NCBI GenBank assembly: GCA_038225955.1
Contig: JBBRQV010000001.1
Location: forward strand, 6,266 to 70,265
DNA length: 64,000 nt
From: Ignavibacteria bacterium
GTDB taxonomy: Bacteria; Bacteroidota; Ignavibacteria; Tepidaquicellales; Tepidaquicellaceae
Direction: 5' to 3'
The position numbers and the translations under genes were made by a program. Positions 28,066 through 38,372 of this stretch are shown here, piece by piece. The stretch's first letter is position 1. Each line of letters starts with the position of its first letter. Below the pieces are notes generated by a model. It saw nothing but the letters and a program-made list of their open reading frames with translations, did no database searches and had not been told where the DNA came from.

Positions 28066-28923
28066 ATGAAAAAGAAGAACAATATTTATGATTCAATTAC
28101 GCAGCTGTGGGTAAAATGCACTGGTAAACACATTAACATAAAAGAATACGAATGGCTTGCAGGACCTTTAGGCGAACCTGATGAAATCGGCGCGGATTAC
28201 TTTGAAAAATATGCAGTAAAAAATAATTATGAATTAAGAAAAAATATTTCAGGAACAGGACTTATTCCTGATTTTAGAAATTTAAAAAATGATGACTTCA
28301 ATCCAGATGAAGTAGATGCTGAAATAAAAAATTTTTATGAAAAAACTACAGAGTACTCTCTTAATGTCTGGGCAAAATGGTCAGGCGTTTTCAAACCATT
28401 CGGATGGCTTTTGAATATTATCTTTGCAAGAAGATTGCAGCAAATGAACATGCCCATAGCTGCCGATGAAACAAGCAAAGGAATGTCAAGCGAAGTTTAT
28501 CACTTAATAGATAAGAAGTCCGGCGAAATAAAAGTAACCGGCTGGCTGAGAAAAAATCTTCTCACAGGAAATCTTATCTATGCAGGGTGCTACTCGCATT
28601 GCAAAGTACCCGAGGGTAATCTGAATTGTGTAAAAGTTGTTTTCCCGCTGCCAAACGGAAGTGCAACTATTATTTTAAAACCCATTAATTGCGAGAACGG
28701 CGCTTTGAAAATAATATCTTCGGGAAAGAGCATCGGAAGCCCCGGGTTTTATTTTATAGTATATGGTAAAGAAAATTCTGCATGGGTAAAGCACCTTAAA
28801 AATATGAAGGAAGTACTGCATGTTTACAAAGATTCTCAGGGTGTAATGAGAACTGACCACAACTTCCGCTTATTTGGATTAGAGTTTTTGCATCTTCATT
28901 ATAAAATTACAAAGAAGAGTTAA
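28066..28923 (+). CDS. Hypothetical protein, 285 aa
   Basis: Long ORF with no recognisable motif. Confidence 0.6.
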   Translation: MKKKNNIYDSITQLWVKCTGKHINIKEYEWLAGPLGEPDEIGADYFEKYAVKNNYELRKNISGTGLIPDFRNLKNDDFNPDEVDAEIKNFYEKTTEYSLNVWAKWSGVFKPFGWLLNIIFARRLQQMNMPIAADETSKGMSSEVYHLIDKKSGEIKVTGWLRKNLLTGNLIYAGCYSHCKVPEGNLNCVKVVFPLPNGSATIILKPINCENGALKIISSGKSIGSPGFYFIVYGKENSAWVKHLKNMKEVLHVYKDSQGVMRTDHNFRLFGLEFLHLHYKITKKS

Positions 28924-28926
28924 GTA

Positions 28927-29346
28927 TTATTTCAATGTCTTTAAATATTCTATTAAATCGTTTTTATCTTTATCTGACATTTTCCAAATTACACCGGTTT
29001 TTGCTTTTGTGCCATCACTCATGATTTCTTCATCTAAAAATCTTTTCAACAAGTCTTCTGTATAAGGAACGCTGTGTAAACCTGCATCGGATAAATCTTT
29101 AAACTTTATTGAACCCGTTGGACCCATTTTTCTGTTGGGCTTTCCCTCTCCCATATCGCCATGACAGTGCGAGCAGGAATGAACCATTCCGCTCATATCG
29201 GATTTATCCATATCCTGAACCACTTCGCCCTTTAAATTCAATCCTGTATTGAAAATTGATTCTCCATTTTTAACATCAAAATCGCTATTATTTAAAGTTA
29301 AAAGTGTTAACAGGAAACCTGTTAATGCTAAAATTCCAATTTTCAT
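28927..29346 (-). CDS. Mono-haem c-type cytochrome, secreted
   Basis: Signal peptide and a single CSHCH (CxxCH) haem-binding motif. Confidence 0.8.
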   Translation of the reverse strand: MKIGILALTGFLLTLLTLNNSDFDVKNGESIFNTGLNLKGEVVQDMDKSDMSGMVHSCSHCHGDMGEGKPNRKMGPTGSIKFKDLSDAGLHSVPYTEDLLKRFLDEEIMSDGTKAKTGVIWKMSDKDKNDLIEYLKTLK

Positions 29347-29551
29347 AATTTTATTCCTCTTTTATAGTTCTTATTCGTATTCTTTTGGGATAAGATTCGA
29401 TTTTCAAATGTAGTTTTCACCTTTTAATAATTATTTTTGCGTAATTTAAAACCCTGTGCTCTAAATATACGGAAAAATCTTAATTGTTAATTGCCCCCTC
29501 TTAATCTATATTTGTTCTTTGCAAAAATTACAACCCTACTTTTCAACTCAC

Positions 29552-31246
29552 ATGAAGTTTTCAGATTTTGAGTATTCCCGTCCTGATTTAAATCTTATCG
29601 GACAAACTATACAAAAAGATTTAAAAGGGTTTAATAATGCCGAGTCAGCAGATACCCAGTGCCGGATTATTGAAAACATTAACGCTGTAAGAAAGAATTT
29701 TTCTACGATGTTTAATATTGCTTCGGTTAATTATTCTATCGATACGAACAATATGTTTTACGAAGAAGAAAAAAAATTCTTCGATGACAATTCACCAATC
29801 TTCTCAGGATTCATTTCAGAATATTACAAAGCTTTAGTTCAGTCAAAATTCAAAGATGAACTTCAGAAAAAATTCGGCAAACTTTTATTCGCAGTTGCAG
29901 AGTGTTACATAAAATCGTATGATCCTTCCATTAACGAAGATCTCGTACACGAGAACGAACTTTGCACCGAGTACAATAAGCTGATTGCTTCTGCAAAAAT
30001 CTTCTACGACGGCGAAGAAAGAAACATTGCCGGAATGGAACCGTTTATGCTCTCAACAGATAGAGCAAAACGTAAAGAAGCAAACGAAATAAAATGGAAA
30101 TACTATGCAGATAATGCCAAACAGCTTGATAGGATTTTTGACGACCTTGTAAAAATCCGTAATACTATGGCTCAAAAACTTGGCTATAAAAACTTCGTAG
30201 AGCTTGGCTACTATAGAATGGGACGAACAGATTACAATGCTGAAGATGTAAAACGATTCAGAAATTATGTAAAAAAATATGCAGTGCCGATTGCTGCAAA
30301 GTTAAAACAAAGACAGGCAAACAGACTCGGACTTGAAACACTTGAATACTTCGACGGCGCGCTTGATTTTAATTCAGGCAATGCTACTCCAAAAGGAACT
30401 CCCGAATGGATTTTAGAAAATGCAAGAAAAATGTACGAAGAGCTATCCAATGAAACAGGAGAGTTTTTTAATTTTATGGTAAAGAACGAACTGATGGACC
30501 TTGTGAATAAAAAAGGAAAAGAAGCCGGCGGCTACTGTACATTTATAGAAGATTATAAGTCACCATTTATCTTCTCAAACTTCAACGGAACATCGCACGA
30601 TATCGTAGTTCTTACCCATGAAGCAGGACATGCATTCCAGGCATACTGCAGCAGGAATTTTAATATTGTTGAATATCATAATCCTACAATGGAGGCGTGC
30701 GAGATTCACTCGATGAGCATGGAGCTTCTTACATGGCCGTGGATGCAGTCTTTCTTTAAAGAAGATACGGAGAAATTTAAATTTTCAGCTATTAACGGAT
30801 GCATGATTTTTATTCCTTACGGAACGGCAGTAGATGAATTCCAGCATTATGTTTACGAAAATCCGGATGCTACTCCTGAAGAAAGAAAGACATGCTGGAG
30901 AAAAACTGAGAAAAAATATTTACCTCTGCTTGATTATATAGACAACGACTATCTTGAGAACGGCGGCAGATGGCAGGCGCAAAGACACATTTACGAAAGT
31001 CCTTTCTACTATATAGATTATTGCTTAGCGCAGATAAGTGCATTTGAGTTTTGGAGAAAATCAAATGAGAACCGCGAAACTGCAATGGTAGATTATATTA
31101 AACTTTGCAAAGAAGGCGGCAGCCAATCGTACACCGAACTGTTGAAAGTTCCAAAGCTGGGCTCACCATTTATTGAAGAATGCTTTGAGCAAAACGTAAG
31201 CTATGTTGAGAACTGGCTCGATAAAGTTGACGACTTAGCTCTCTAA
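29552..31246 (+). CDS. pepF: M3B family oligoendopeptidase F (PepF-like)
   Basis: HEAGHAF zinc motif. MKFSDFEYSRPDL is a typical N-terminus. Start moved from the TTG at 29519 to the ATG at 29552. Confidence 0.85.
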   Translation: MKFSDFEYSRPDLNLIGQTIQKDLKGFNNAESADTQCRIIENINAVRKNFSTMFNIASVNYSIDTNNMFYEEEKKFFDDNSPIFSGFISEYYKALVQSKFKDELQKKFGKLLFAVAECYIKSYDPSINEDLVHENELCTEYNKLIASAKIFYDGEERNIAGMEPFMLSTDRAKRKEANEIKWKYYADNAKQLDRIFDDLVKIRNTMAQKLGYKNFVELGYYRMGRTDYNAEDVKRFRNYVKKYAVPIAAKLKQRQANRLGLETLEYFDGALDFNSGNATPKGTPEWILENARKMYEELSNETGEFFNFMVKNELMDLVNKKGKEAGGYCTFIEDYKSPFIFSNFNGTSHDIVVLTHEAGHAFQAYCSRNFNIVEYHNPTMEACEIHSMSMELLTWPWMQSFFKEDTEKFKFSAINGCMIFIPYGTAVDEFQHYVYENPDATPEERKTCWRKTEKKYLPLLDYIDNDYLENGGRWQAQRHIYESPFYYIDYCLAQISAFEFWRKSNENRETAMVDYIKLCKEGGSQSYTELLKVPKLGSPFIEECFEQNVSYVENWLDKVDDLAL

Positions 31247-31269
31247 TTATAATCATTGAATTACATTTT

Positions 31270-31306
31270 AATCCGGCAGCAAGTTATTGCTTCCGGATTT
31301 TTTTTC
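31270..31306 (+). terminator. Rho-independent terminator after pepF
   Basis: AATCCGGCAGCAA-GTTA-TTGCTTCCGGATT (1 mismatch) plus a T8 run. Confidence 0.75.
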
Positions 31307-31307
31307 A

Positions 31308-31318
31308 CTACTAATAGG
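31308..31318 (+). repeat. 11-mer CTACTAATAGG, copy 1
   Basis: Identical 11-mer recurs at 32094..32104. Confidence 0.8.
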
Positions 31319-31329
31319 TTAAATTATTT

Positions 31330-31515
31330 ATGCAGCAAATAGAACACGAATTCACCTGTCCATATTGCTTTGAGAAAATCTCAATTCTGATTGACCCAAC
31401 TGAAGAGCCTCAGGCATACGTTGAGGACTGCGAAGTCTGCTGTAATCCTATGGCTATAGCCTGTGAAGTTAAAGACGGCGAAGTAATTGATTTTGAAGCA
31501 TATCAGATGGAGTAG
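31330..31515 (+). CDS. CPXCG-motif cysteine-rich zinc-ribbon protein, 61 aa
   Basis: FTCPYCFEKISILID...EDCEVCCNPM matches the CPXCG small-protein pattern. Confidence 0.7.
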   Translation: MQQIEHEFTCPYCFEKISILIDPTEEPQAYVEDCEVCCNPMAIACEVKDGEVIDFEAYQME

Positions 31516-31734
31516 TTCTACATTGCTCGTTTTCAGTTCTCCGAATAGTCGCATTATTGTAACATTTTATAAAAGCCTTCCTTTTAACTATCCATCCCGA
31601 TTGTAACATTATTGTCACATTTTGTTTTCACAATTTCCAACCTACTTTTTAAATAGTCGGGAAATGGTCGGATTTTGTTTTTCATTTATACCACCACCCT
31701 AATCCCTTCCTTACAAAGTAGAGGGAAACTTCAT

Positions 31735-31830
31735 GGCGCCTCCCGAACCTCCGGTTCGGACACTCAAATTATAGAATTGAAAATTCAATTCTATAATTTG
31801 AGTGTGTCCCGCTTTGCGGGACGAGGCGCC
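31735..31830. other. 96-nt compact four-way-junction-like element (structured RNA or DNA cruciform/MITE-like)
   Basis: Closing stem GGCGCCTC/GAGGCGCC. Hairpin CCGAACC-TCC-GGTTCGG. Perfect 22-bp inverted repeat ACACTCAAATTATAGAATTGAA-AA-TTCAATTCTATAATTTGAGTGT. Hairpin GTCCCGC-TTT-GCGGGAC. Confidence 0.6.
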
Positions 31831-32093
31831 ACACCGCAAGCCAATGGTCGGAAAACAGTCGGATTTCATTTCATCATTATTGTAAAAACAATACGGTCAA
31901 TTTTTATTTTCCGTCTTTGACGGATTTTTGATGGATTTTGTTTTCATCCCCACTTGCCAGGGCTACAAAATAGTTTTTTCAATTAACAATTTACACAACC
32001 CTACTTTACAAACTTTATGAACTTTACAAACCTTTAACCATTAAACAAAAATACCATATTCAATTTAATTTTCAAAACCTTTCCTACCCATCC

Positions 32094-32104
32094 CTACTAA
32101 TAGG
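32094..32104 (+). repeat. 11-mer CTACTAATAGG, copy 2
   Basis: Identical to 31308..31318. It is also part of the local hairpin TCCCTA-CTAA-TAGGGA. Confidence 0.8.
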
Positions 32105-32150
32105 GAGATTTATACATTCAAAATTTTTCTAAATATTCGTATTTTACATT

Positions 32151-33092
32151 GTGAAAAGAAACACGCAGCCTACACGGCCATATAGAATCCTGCTTTATTA
32201 TCTTTATACCAAAATAGAGGACTCCGAAAAATATACTGAGCTTCATTTGAAGTTCTGTAAATCGCTTGGGGTACTCGGCAGAATTATTATTGCCGACGAA
32301 GGAATTAACGGAACGATTTCCGGAACTCCTAATCAGACGGACGCATATATTGCTGCAATGCGCATGGATCCACGCTTTTTAAATATGGAATTCAAAATCG
32401 ATGAAGCAGATGAGCATGCATTCAAAAAAATGTTCGTGCGTCACCGAAGAGAAATAGTAACAATGAATCTTGATGATGATATTGACCCAAACAAACTCAG
32501 CGGTAAAAAACTTAAGCCGAAAGATTTTTACGAAGCGCTTCAAAGAGATGATGTTGTTATTGTAGATGGAAGAAATGATTATGAATATGATATCGGGCAT
32601 TTCCCGAATGCGATTCGTCCTGAAGTAACTGTATTCAAGGAGTTTCCTGAGTGGATTAGAAAAAATCGCGAGATGTTCGAAGGGAAAAAAATTCTTGCTT
32701 ACTGCACGGGAGGAATAAGATGTGAAAAACTTACCGGACTTTTTTTAAAAGAAGGATTTGAAGATGTAAATCATCTTCACGGCGGAATAATAAATTACGG
32801 ACACGATAAACAAGTACAAGGCAAAGGATGGCTTGGCAAGTGCTATGTCTTCGATGAACGAATTTCAGTCGATATAAATAAAGCCGAACCGCACCAGATA
32901 GTTTCGCATTGCTTTCACTGTAACGAACCTTGCGAGAGATATGTAAACTGCGCTATGTACGAGTGCCACGAGCAATTCATCTGCTGTGAAGAGTGCGACG
33001 TAAAGTTCAAACGCTCCTGCTGTGAAGAGCATAGAAACTCAGAGCGCAACGAGTATAATATAAAAGGACGCGAAGCTTCTACTTCAGCTTAA
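32151..33092 (+). CDS. trhO: Rhodanese-related tRNA uridine(34) hydroxylase TrhO (UPF0176/YceA family)
   Basis: YRILLYYLYTKIED..GRIIIADEGINGTISG..YCTGGIRCEK, plus a C-terminal Cys-rich tail. GTG start. Confidence 0.85.
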   Translation: MKRNTQPTRPYRILLYYLYTKIEDSEKYTELHLKFCKSLGVLGRIIIADEGINGTISGTPNQTDAYIAAMRMDPRFLNMEFKIDEADEHAFKKMFVRHRREIVTMNLDDDIDPNKLSGKKLKPKDFYEALQRDDVVIVDGRNDYEYDIGHFPNAIRPEVTVFKEFPEWIRKNREMFEGKKILAYCTGGIRCEKLTGLFLKEGFEDVNHLHGGIINYGHDKQVQGKGWLGKCYVFDERISVDINKAEPHQIVSHCFHCNEPCERYVNCAMYECHEQFICCEECDVKFKRSCCEEHRNSERNEYNIKGREASTSA

Positions 33093-34956
33093 TAAAAGCG
33101 TCTCCCCGTAAACTATTAACAATTGGAGTACCGTTTTTAATATCTCCGTATAAGTTTTCTAAATTCAATTGAAATTTAATTTTTTCGTTTTCAATTCTTA
33201 TAATACCTTGCTCTACGGGAAACTTTGTGTAATTATCTATATCGCCTAAATTCCCAATAAACCTACCAAAATCAAAATCTGCAATTTCTTTATTATTTAA
33301 AATTATTTTCATTATACATGAGTTTTCCTCTATTTGAAATTTAATTCTATCGCTATCCTGTAAAGAAATAACAGAGGTGTCTGCATTTATATTTTTATTA
33401 ATAATTGAAACCGGAATTAAATAATTAAAACCTTTTAAATCAATAATTTTGCTTTTCTCAAAATCACAATTGAAATATCTGTTAAATTGCTCGCCAGGAT
33501 TTGATTCCCTGTAGTAAGATTTATATTTTAATCCCATCAATTTCATCACTGCAGTTGATTGCTCAAATCTGCTTTTTGTAATAATTGTATCTAACTTCAC
33601 GTCAAACCATTTCTGAATAGAACTCATTTCATTTCTCTCAGCAAGAAAATCCATGACTGAACTTATGTTTCCAACAACTGAATCACTTATATTTGAACGA
33701 ATTTCTGGTATAGGTGAAGGAACTCCATCGTCTCTTGGAATATATTTATCAACTACGACTACAATCTTTTCTTTTTGTAAAATTTTATTCTCAGTTAATA
33801 TTTTTTCCAATCTGTTCATCTGACTTCTTTGGGAAACAGAAAATGCTCCCCATGGACCGAACGACGTTGCAAAGCAAAGCAAACAAAGTGTTATAGGAAT
33901 TATTTTTATATTTTTTGTATTACTGATTAAAAAATACAGGGCAATAAACGAAAGCCAGAATGCAAGAACAAAAACAAAATACCTTTTCTCTGTTATTCCG
34001 TACGCAAACAATCGTGTAAGAATAGCTATGAACAACAAAACTATTAAGGGAAGCAGCGCTATATAAAATGATTTCGAAAAAACTTTTATCCATTTATTCT
34101 CTTCATAGTTTCTTATCGGATAAATCAAAAGAAGTGAAAAAATTCCGGCTATAGAAAAGCATAGTATCAGATATGAAACCCACCCCACAGGTAAATTCCA
34201 CTGTATAATTATCTTACCCATGTACATGTATAGTATTACAAGATATGTTGTTACAAGCGGGAGCAGAACGAATTGTGTAAATATTTTTAAACTCTTGGGG
34301 TAAATTTCCTCTTCATAAAAACTATTCAGGTTTTCAGGAATACCGGCAAGAAAGAACCAGGTATTGAAAACTCCGAGTATAAAGAAAAATAACTGCGGGT
34401 AAATTTTCCCGTTTATATGAGCGTTAAATAATTCATTAAAGGAAAGTATTGCAACACATAACCCGGCATATAAAACTCCCGAAAACAATACAGAAGTAAG
34501 GATGCGGAGAAAGAATAATTTATTGAACCGCCAGAAAGCATCTATGTTTTGCTGATGCTCTGCATCCTTACTCATAAATGCAGTAAATGAAACAAGGAAA
34601 TGAAATCCCAAAGCAAAAAGTATAAAGCGGGTTATATCAACGACACTTAAATCCTTAGGCAGCCAGAAATAATATGCGATAAGAAAAAGAACTCCAATTC
34701 CCTGCGTAATATAATTTTTAATAGGCTCAAGCTTGAATATTTCGTTGCGCATAGTAAGCGAGAGCAGAAACGAAATTCCCAGGCCGCAGCACATAACAGT
34801 ATTATACAAAAACTGATAATCTTTGGAGCCAGCTTCAATATCGATAACATAAATCATTATAAATGCTCCGAGCATTGAAGCTAATATTACAAACGGAAAT
34901 CTTTGCAGTGTTTCCATTGCTTCTTCATAAAGCTTTGTAAGGGATGGGATTTTCAT
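33079..34956 (-). CDS. Multi-pass membrane protein with C-terminal soluble domain (DUF4153-like)
   Basis: About 11 hydrophobic helices in the first ~370 aa. The DUF4153 assignment is tentative. The 3' end overlaps trhO by 14 nt (convergent). Confidence 0.6.
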   Translation of the reverse strand: MKIPSLTKLYEEAMETLQRFPFVILASMLGAFIMIYVIDIEAGSKDYQFLYNTVMCCGLGISFLLSLTMRNEIFKLEPIKNYITQGIGVLFLIAYYFWLPKDLSVVDITRFILFALGFHFLVSFTAFMSKDAEHQQNIDAFWRFNKLFFLRILTSVLFSGVLYAGLCVAILSFNELFNAHINGKIYPQLFFFILGVFNTWFFLAGIPENLNSFYEEEIYPKSLKIFTQFVLLPLVTTYLVILYMYMGKIIIQWNLPVGWVSYLILCFSIAGIFSLLLIYPIRNYEENKWIKVFSKSFYIALLPLIVLLFIAILTRLFAYGITEKRYFVFVLAFWLSFIALYFLISNTKNIKIIPITLCLLCFATSFGPWGAFSVSQRSQMNRLEKILTENKILQKEKIVVVVDKYIPRDDGVPSPIPEIRSNISDSVVGNISSVMDFLAERNEMSSIQKWFDVKLDTIITKSRFEQSTAVMKLMGLKYKSYYRESNPGEQFNRYFNCDFEKSKIIDLKGFNYLIPVSIINKNINADTSVISLQDSDRIKFQIEENSCIMKIILNNKEIADFDFGRFIGNLGDIDNYTKFPVEQGIIRIENEKIKFQLNLENLYGDIKNGTPIVNSLRGDAFIKLK

Positions 34957-35175
34957 ATTAAATTTATACTTGCTGGATTATACTCTGATTTTACAAAATT
35001 GTCTTTTAAACTTTACCACATTTATACAAATTTTAATGTTACAAAAAGTACTTTGTGATACAAAGCTACCTTAAGAATTAACGTAAATCAAGATAATATG
35101 TTTCAGCCCAGCACTTATGAAAACTTTAGATTCATTCACTCCTTTTTTGGAGAAATTGTTTTCAATTTTATATTC

Positions 35176-36852
35176 TTATTGCTCTCTCCAATCATATTTT
35201 TTTAGAACATCCCAAACTTCCTGTGATTTGATTCTTTTGGCCATAGTATAAAGGATTGAATATGGAGCTGAAACAGAAAAAAGACTGTCTTTATTTCCTT
35301 TCATTATTTCATCGCAAAGATTTTTACAACGGAATATATGTTTATCAAGAAATTCTGCTTTCTTGATAATGAAAAAATCTTCTTGCATTTGAAAAGCCAA
35401 TGCAACACTATTAAATAAGTTCAAATCTATAGCAATATTTCTTGTTTTAAGCATTCTATTGATTTTCCCTTTTATGTTTTCAACGTACTCCAAGTCAGGT
35501 TCACTTTCCTTAAGAAAAATTGTATAAAGATAAGTGATATAAATGTTGCACAAAATATGAGGGGAAATATTCTCTTTCATATTAAGCATAATGTTAGCGA
35601 GCACTTTTTGGAAATCATCTAGTGTAGATGTTTCAGGCGCAACAAATAAAGGCATCAACTCATTTGTATTTTCAAACTTCAGAATTTTCCCAAAAATTTT
35701 TTCGTTTTCTATCTGATAATATGTAAGCATAGTGAAAGATTTATTCCCCGACATTACCGCATTTGCCAAAGCATGTTTCATCAAACTGTCCGTATTTCTA
35801 ATTTCGTCGCTATATGACATAATATGTACATAATATTTAATCATCATAAAGGTTTGGGAACTGTACATAGAAGCATCTGTGCAAATTTCATAACACTCTT
35901 TTATTTTCCGCTCTGCCTCTGCGCGTTTTCCTTTATTTCCGTTAAATTCTATTAATATGAGATAGGATTTTGCAAGCGCAACAGTATGATGTTTTCCTTC
36001 TTTCTCGGCTTTACTAATAATTTCAACACAAAGTTTTTGAAGCTTATCATAATTATTTAATCTGAACAGAATAAGTGCAATAAAAAGCGGAATACCGTAC
36101 CTGTGAAACTCGTTATCATATTCCTTTACTATTTCGTAAGCAGCATACAGATTATTAAGCGCAGAATTATAATTTTTATCACTTATTAATTTGAATATAT
36201 GTTTGTATGCACGTGTAAGAAATATTTTTATATTCAGAATTGCTTCCTCTGCCTCTGAGAGTTTATACTTGTTTTTTGATTTATAAAATATTTCAAGCTT
36301 ATTAAAGAAACTCAGAAACTGCGAATAGTTTCTTTGAATATAATAATAATTGGCAAGTGCCTCTGTGCTCTCAAATTCGTAGAGAAATAGCTGAGATTGA
36401 TTCAGATTAAAATTCTTCATTAATTCTTTTTTGTCTTTATCTATCTGGCTAAGAAAGTTAAGATGAAATGTTTTCATCTCTTTTTTCATACCTATCGCAT
36501 TCATCTTTCTTGCTTTCACAAAATCAAATTCCAGATCACTTCCGTTAAAATTTTCTTTAAGCGATTTTTCTATTTCTTCCCAACCAAAAACAAATTTTCT
36601 GTAATCTGCTAAAAGACGCGACTTCAATGTATCAAGCTCACCGTTTTTAATTTGCATTTCTTTACATATAGCATCTGCATCCCAATCGTTAATTCTATCG
36701 GAATCAATTAATCTATAAATAATTTTTAAAAGCTGAACGTTCTTTTGGCCGGATGCATTTTTTCTGCTGAGAAGTTTATTGAGATATGCTTCCCTCTTTT
36801 GGGAGTCAATAACGGAGAATTCGAGAAGATAGTTTAAAGAAGCTTTATTCAT
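35176..36852 (-). CDS. Hypothetical all-alpha (TPR-like?) protein, 558 aa
   Basis: Long ORF with helical-repeat composition. Confidence 0.6.
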   Translation of the reverse strand: MNKASLNYLLEFSVIDSQKREAYLNKLLSRKNASGQKNVQLLKIIYRLIDSDRINDWDADAICKEMQIKNGELDTLKSRLLADYRKFVFGWEEIEKSLKENFNGSDLEFDFVKARKMNAIGMKKEMKTFHLNFLSQIDKDKKELMKNFNLNQSQLFLYEFESTEALANYYYIQRNYSQFLSFFNKLEIFYKSKNKYKLSEAEEAILNIKIFLTRAYKHIFKLISDKNYNSALNNLYAAYEIVKEYDNEFHRYGIPLFIALILFRLNNYDKLQKLCVEIISKAEKEGKHHTVALAKSYLILIEFNGNKGKRAEAERKIKECYEICTDASMYSSQTFMMIKYYVHIMSYSDEIRNTDSLMKHALANAVMSGNKSFTMLTYYQIENEKIFGKILKFENTNELMPLFVAPETSTLDDFQKVLANIMLNMKENISPHILCNIYITYLYTIFLKESEPDLEYVENIKGKINRMLKTRNIAIDLNLFNSVALAFQMQEDFFIIKKAEFLDKHIFRCKNLCDEIMKGNKDSLFSVSAPYSILYTMAKRIKSQEVWDVLKKYDWREQ

Positions 36853-37010
36853 TTGGGGTTATATCTTTACAACTAATAGTTTCTCAATATAGGAAGTATT
36901 TCCGAAATAATCGTTTTAAATAATCGGGTTTTTATAGATTTTCTAATCCATTTAATTAAACCTCTATATTCGTTAATTTTACCCATTAAATTTAATTCAA
37001 TCTCACTATA

Positions 37011-38357
37011 ATGGAAGCAAAGGAAAGAGTATATATAAATAAAATATCGGAACACGTAGATAAAGAAGTCACGATAAAAGGCTGGCTCTTCAATATCCGC
37101 TCATCAGGGAAATTAATGTTTCCTGAATTGAGAGACGGCTCAGGATTAATACAAGGTGTTGTTTCAAAAAAAGAAGTTTCTGAAAAAGTATGGGAGGATT
37201 TTTCCAAGCTTACTCAGGAATCTTCTGTCATCGTAAAAGGAAAAGTTTCCAAGCATCCTAAGAAAGAAAATGTTTACGAGCTTCAGGTTACTGATTTAGA
37301 AATAATTCAGATTGCCGAAGAGTATCCTATAACTCCTAAAGAGCACGGCGTAGATTTTCTTATGGATAGAAGGCATCTATGGCTGCGTTCAACAAGGCAG
37401 ACTGCAATTCTTCGCGTAAGAAATGAAATCGTGCAATCAATCAGAGATTATTTTTATAATAACGGTTTTGTTTTATTTGATACTCCTATCTTCACTCCTA
37501 ACTCTGTTGAAGGAACTTCAACTTTATTCTCAACTGACTACTTTGATTTAGGCAAAGCGTATTTATCACAATCGGGACAGTTATATGCAGAGTCCGGCGC
37601 AATGGCATTGGGAAAAGTTTATACCTTCGGTCCGACTTTCAGAGCAGAAAACTCAATGACAAGAAGACATATAACTGAATTCTGGATGATGGAACCTGAG
37701 ATGGCATTCTATGATATTGATGATGATATGGATTTAATAGAAGACTTCTTAGAGTCTGTTGTGCAAAGAGTTATTAAAAACTGCAAAGCAGACTTGGAAA
37801 CACTTGAGAGAGATATTACAAAACTTGAGAATGTAAAGAAACCTTTCCCGCGTGTAACATACGATGAAGCAGTGGAAATTTTAATTAAGAAAGATATTCC
37901 TCTTATAAGAAAAACTGCTAACGGCGAAGAGCATATAAGACCGTTCCCATGGGGAGAAGATTTTGGCGCGCCTCATGAAGAAGCAATTGTTGAGGACTAC
38001 GATAAACCTGTAATGGTTCACAGATGGCCGTCAGAGGCCAAGGCATTCTATATGAAACGCGACCCTAACAATCCGAAAATCTGCTACGGCGTTGATGTGC
38101 TTGCTCCGGAAGGATTCGGTGAAATTATTGGCGGCTCACAGAGAGAAGATAACTTACAGCTTCTTGAAGAAAGAATGAAAGAGCATCAGTTGAATGCAGA
38201 GGATTACCAATGGTATTTAGATTTACGCAGATACGGCAGCGTTCCCCACTCAGGTTTCGGTATGGGACTTGAAAGAATGGTCAGTTGGATTTGCAATCTT
38301 GAACACATACGCGAAGCTATTCCTTTTGCAAGAAGGCCGAACCGAATTCGTCCGTAA
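37011..38357 (+). CDS. asnS: Asparagine--tRNA ligase
   Basis: Class IIb aaRS with an OB anticodon domain, [21 protein letters not shown] (motif 2 region) and [10 protein letters not shown] (motif 3). AsnRS-type. Confidence 0.9.
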   Translation: MEAKERVYINKISEHVDKEVTIKGWLFNIRSSGKLMFPELRDGSGLIQGVVSKKEVSEKVWEDFSKLTQESSVIVKGKVSKHPKKENVYELQVTDLEIIQIAEEYPITPKEHGVDFLMDRRHLWLRSTRQTAILRVRNEIVQSIRDYFYNNGFVLFDTPIFTPNSVEGTSTLFSTDYFDLGKAYLSQSGQLYAESGAMALGKVYTFGPTFRAENSMTRRHITEFWMMEPEMAFYDIDDDMDLIEDFLESVVQRVIKNCKADLETLERDITKLENVKKPFPRVTYDEAVEILIKKDIPLIRKTANGEEHIRPFPWGEDFGAPHEEAIVEDYDKPVMVHRWPSEAKAFYMKRDPNNPKICYGVDVLAPEGFGEIIGGSQREDNLQLLEERMKEHQLNAEDYQWYLDLRRYGSVPHSGFGMGLERMVSWICNLEHIREAIPFARRPNRIRP

Positions 38358-38372
38358 ATTTTAATTATCAAC

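Noticed and set aside
31675-31920. 81-aa track ORF in the pepF-trhO intergenic region
   Set aside because: It reads straight through the 22-bp inverted repeat and the GC hairpins. Its sequence is dictated by palindromic DNA, and it has no RBS or coding-like features.
31516-32150. Replication origin (AT-rich, iteron-like repeats, large palindrome)
   Set aside because: No TTATCCACA-type DnaA boxes and no dnaA/dnaN or plasmid rep gene nearby. The repeats are short and degenerate.
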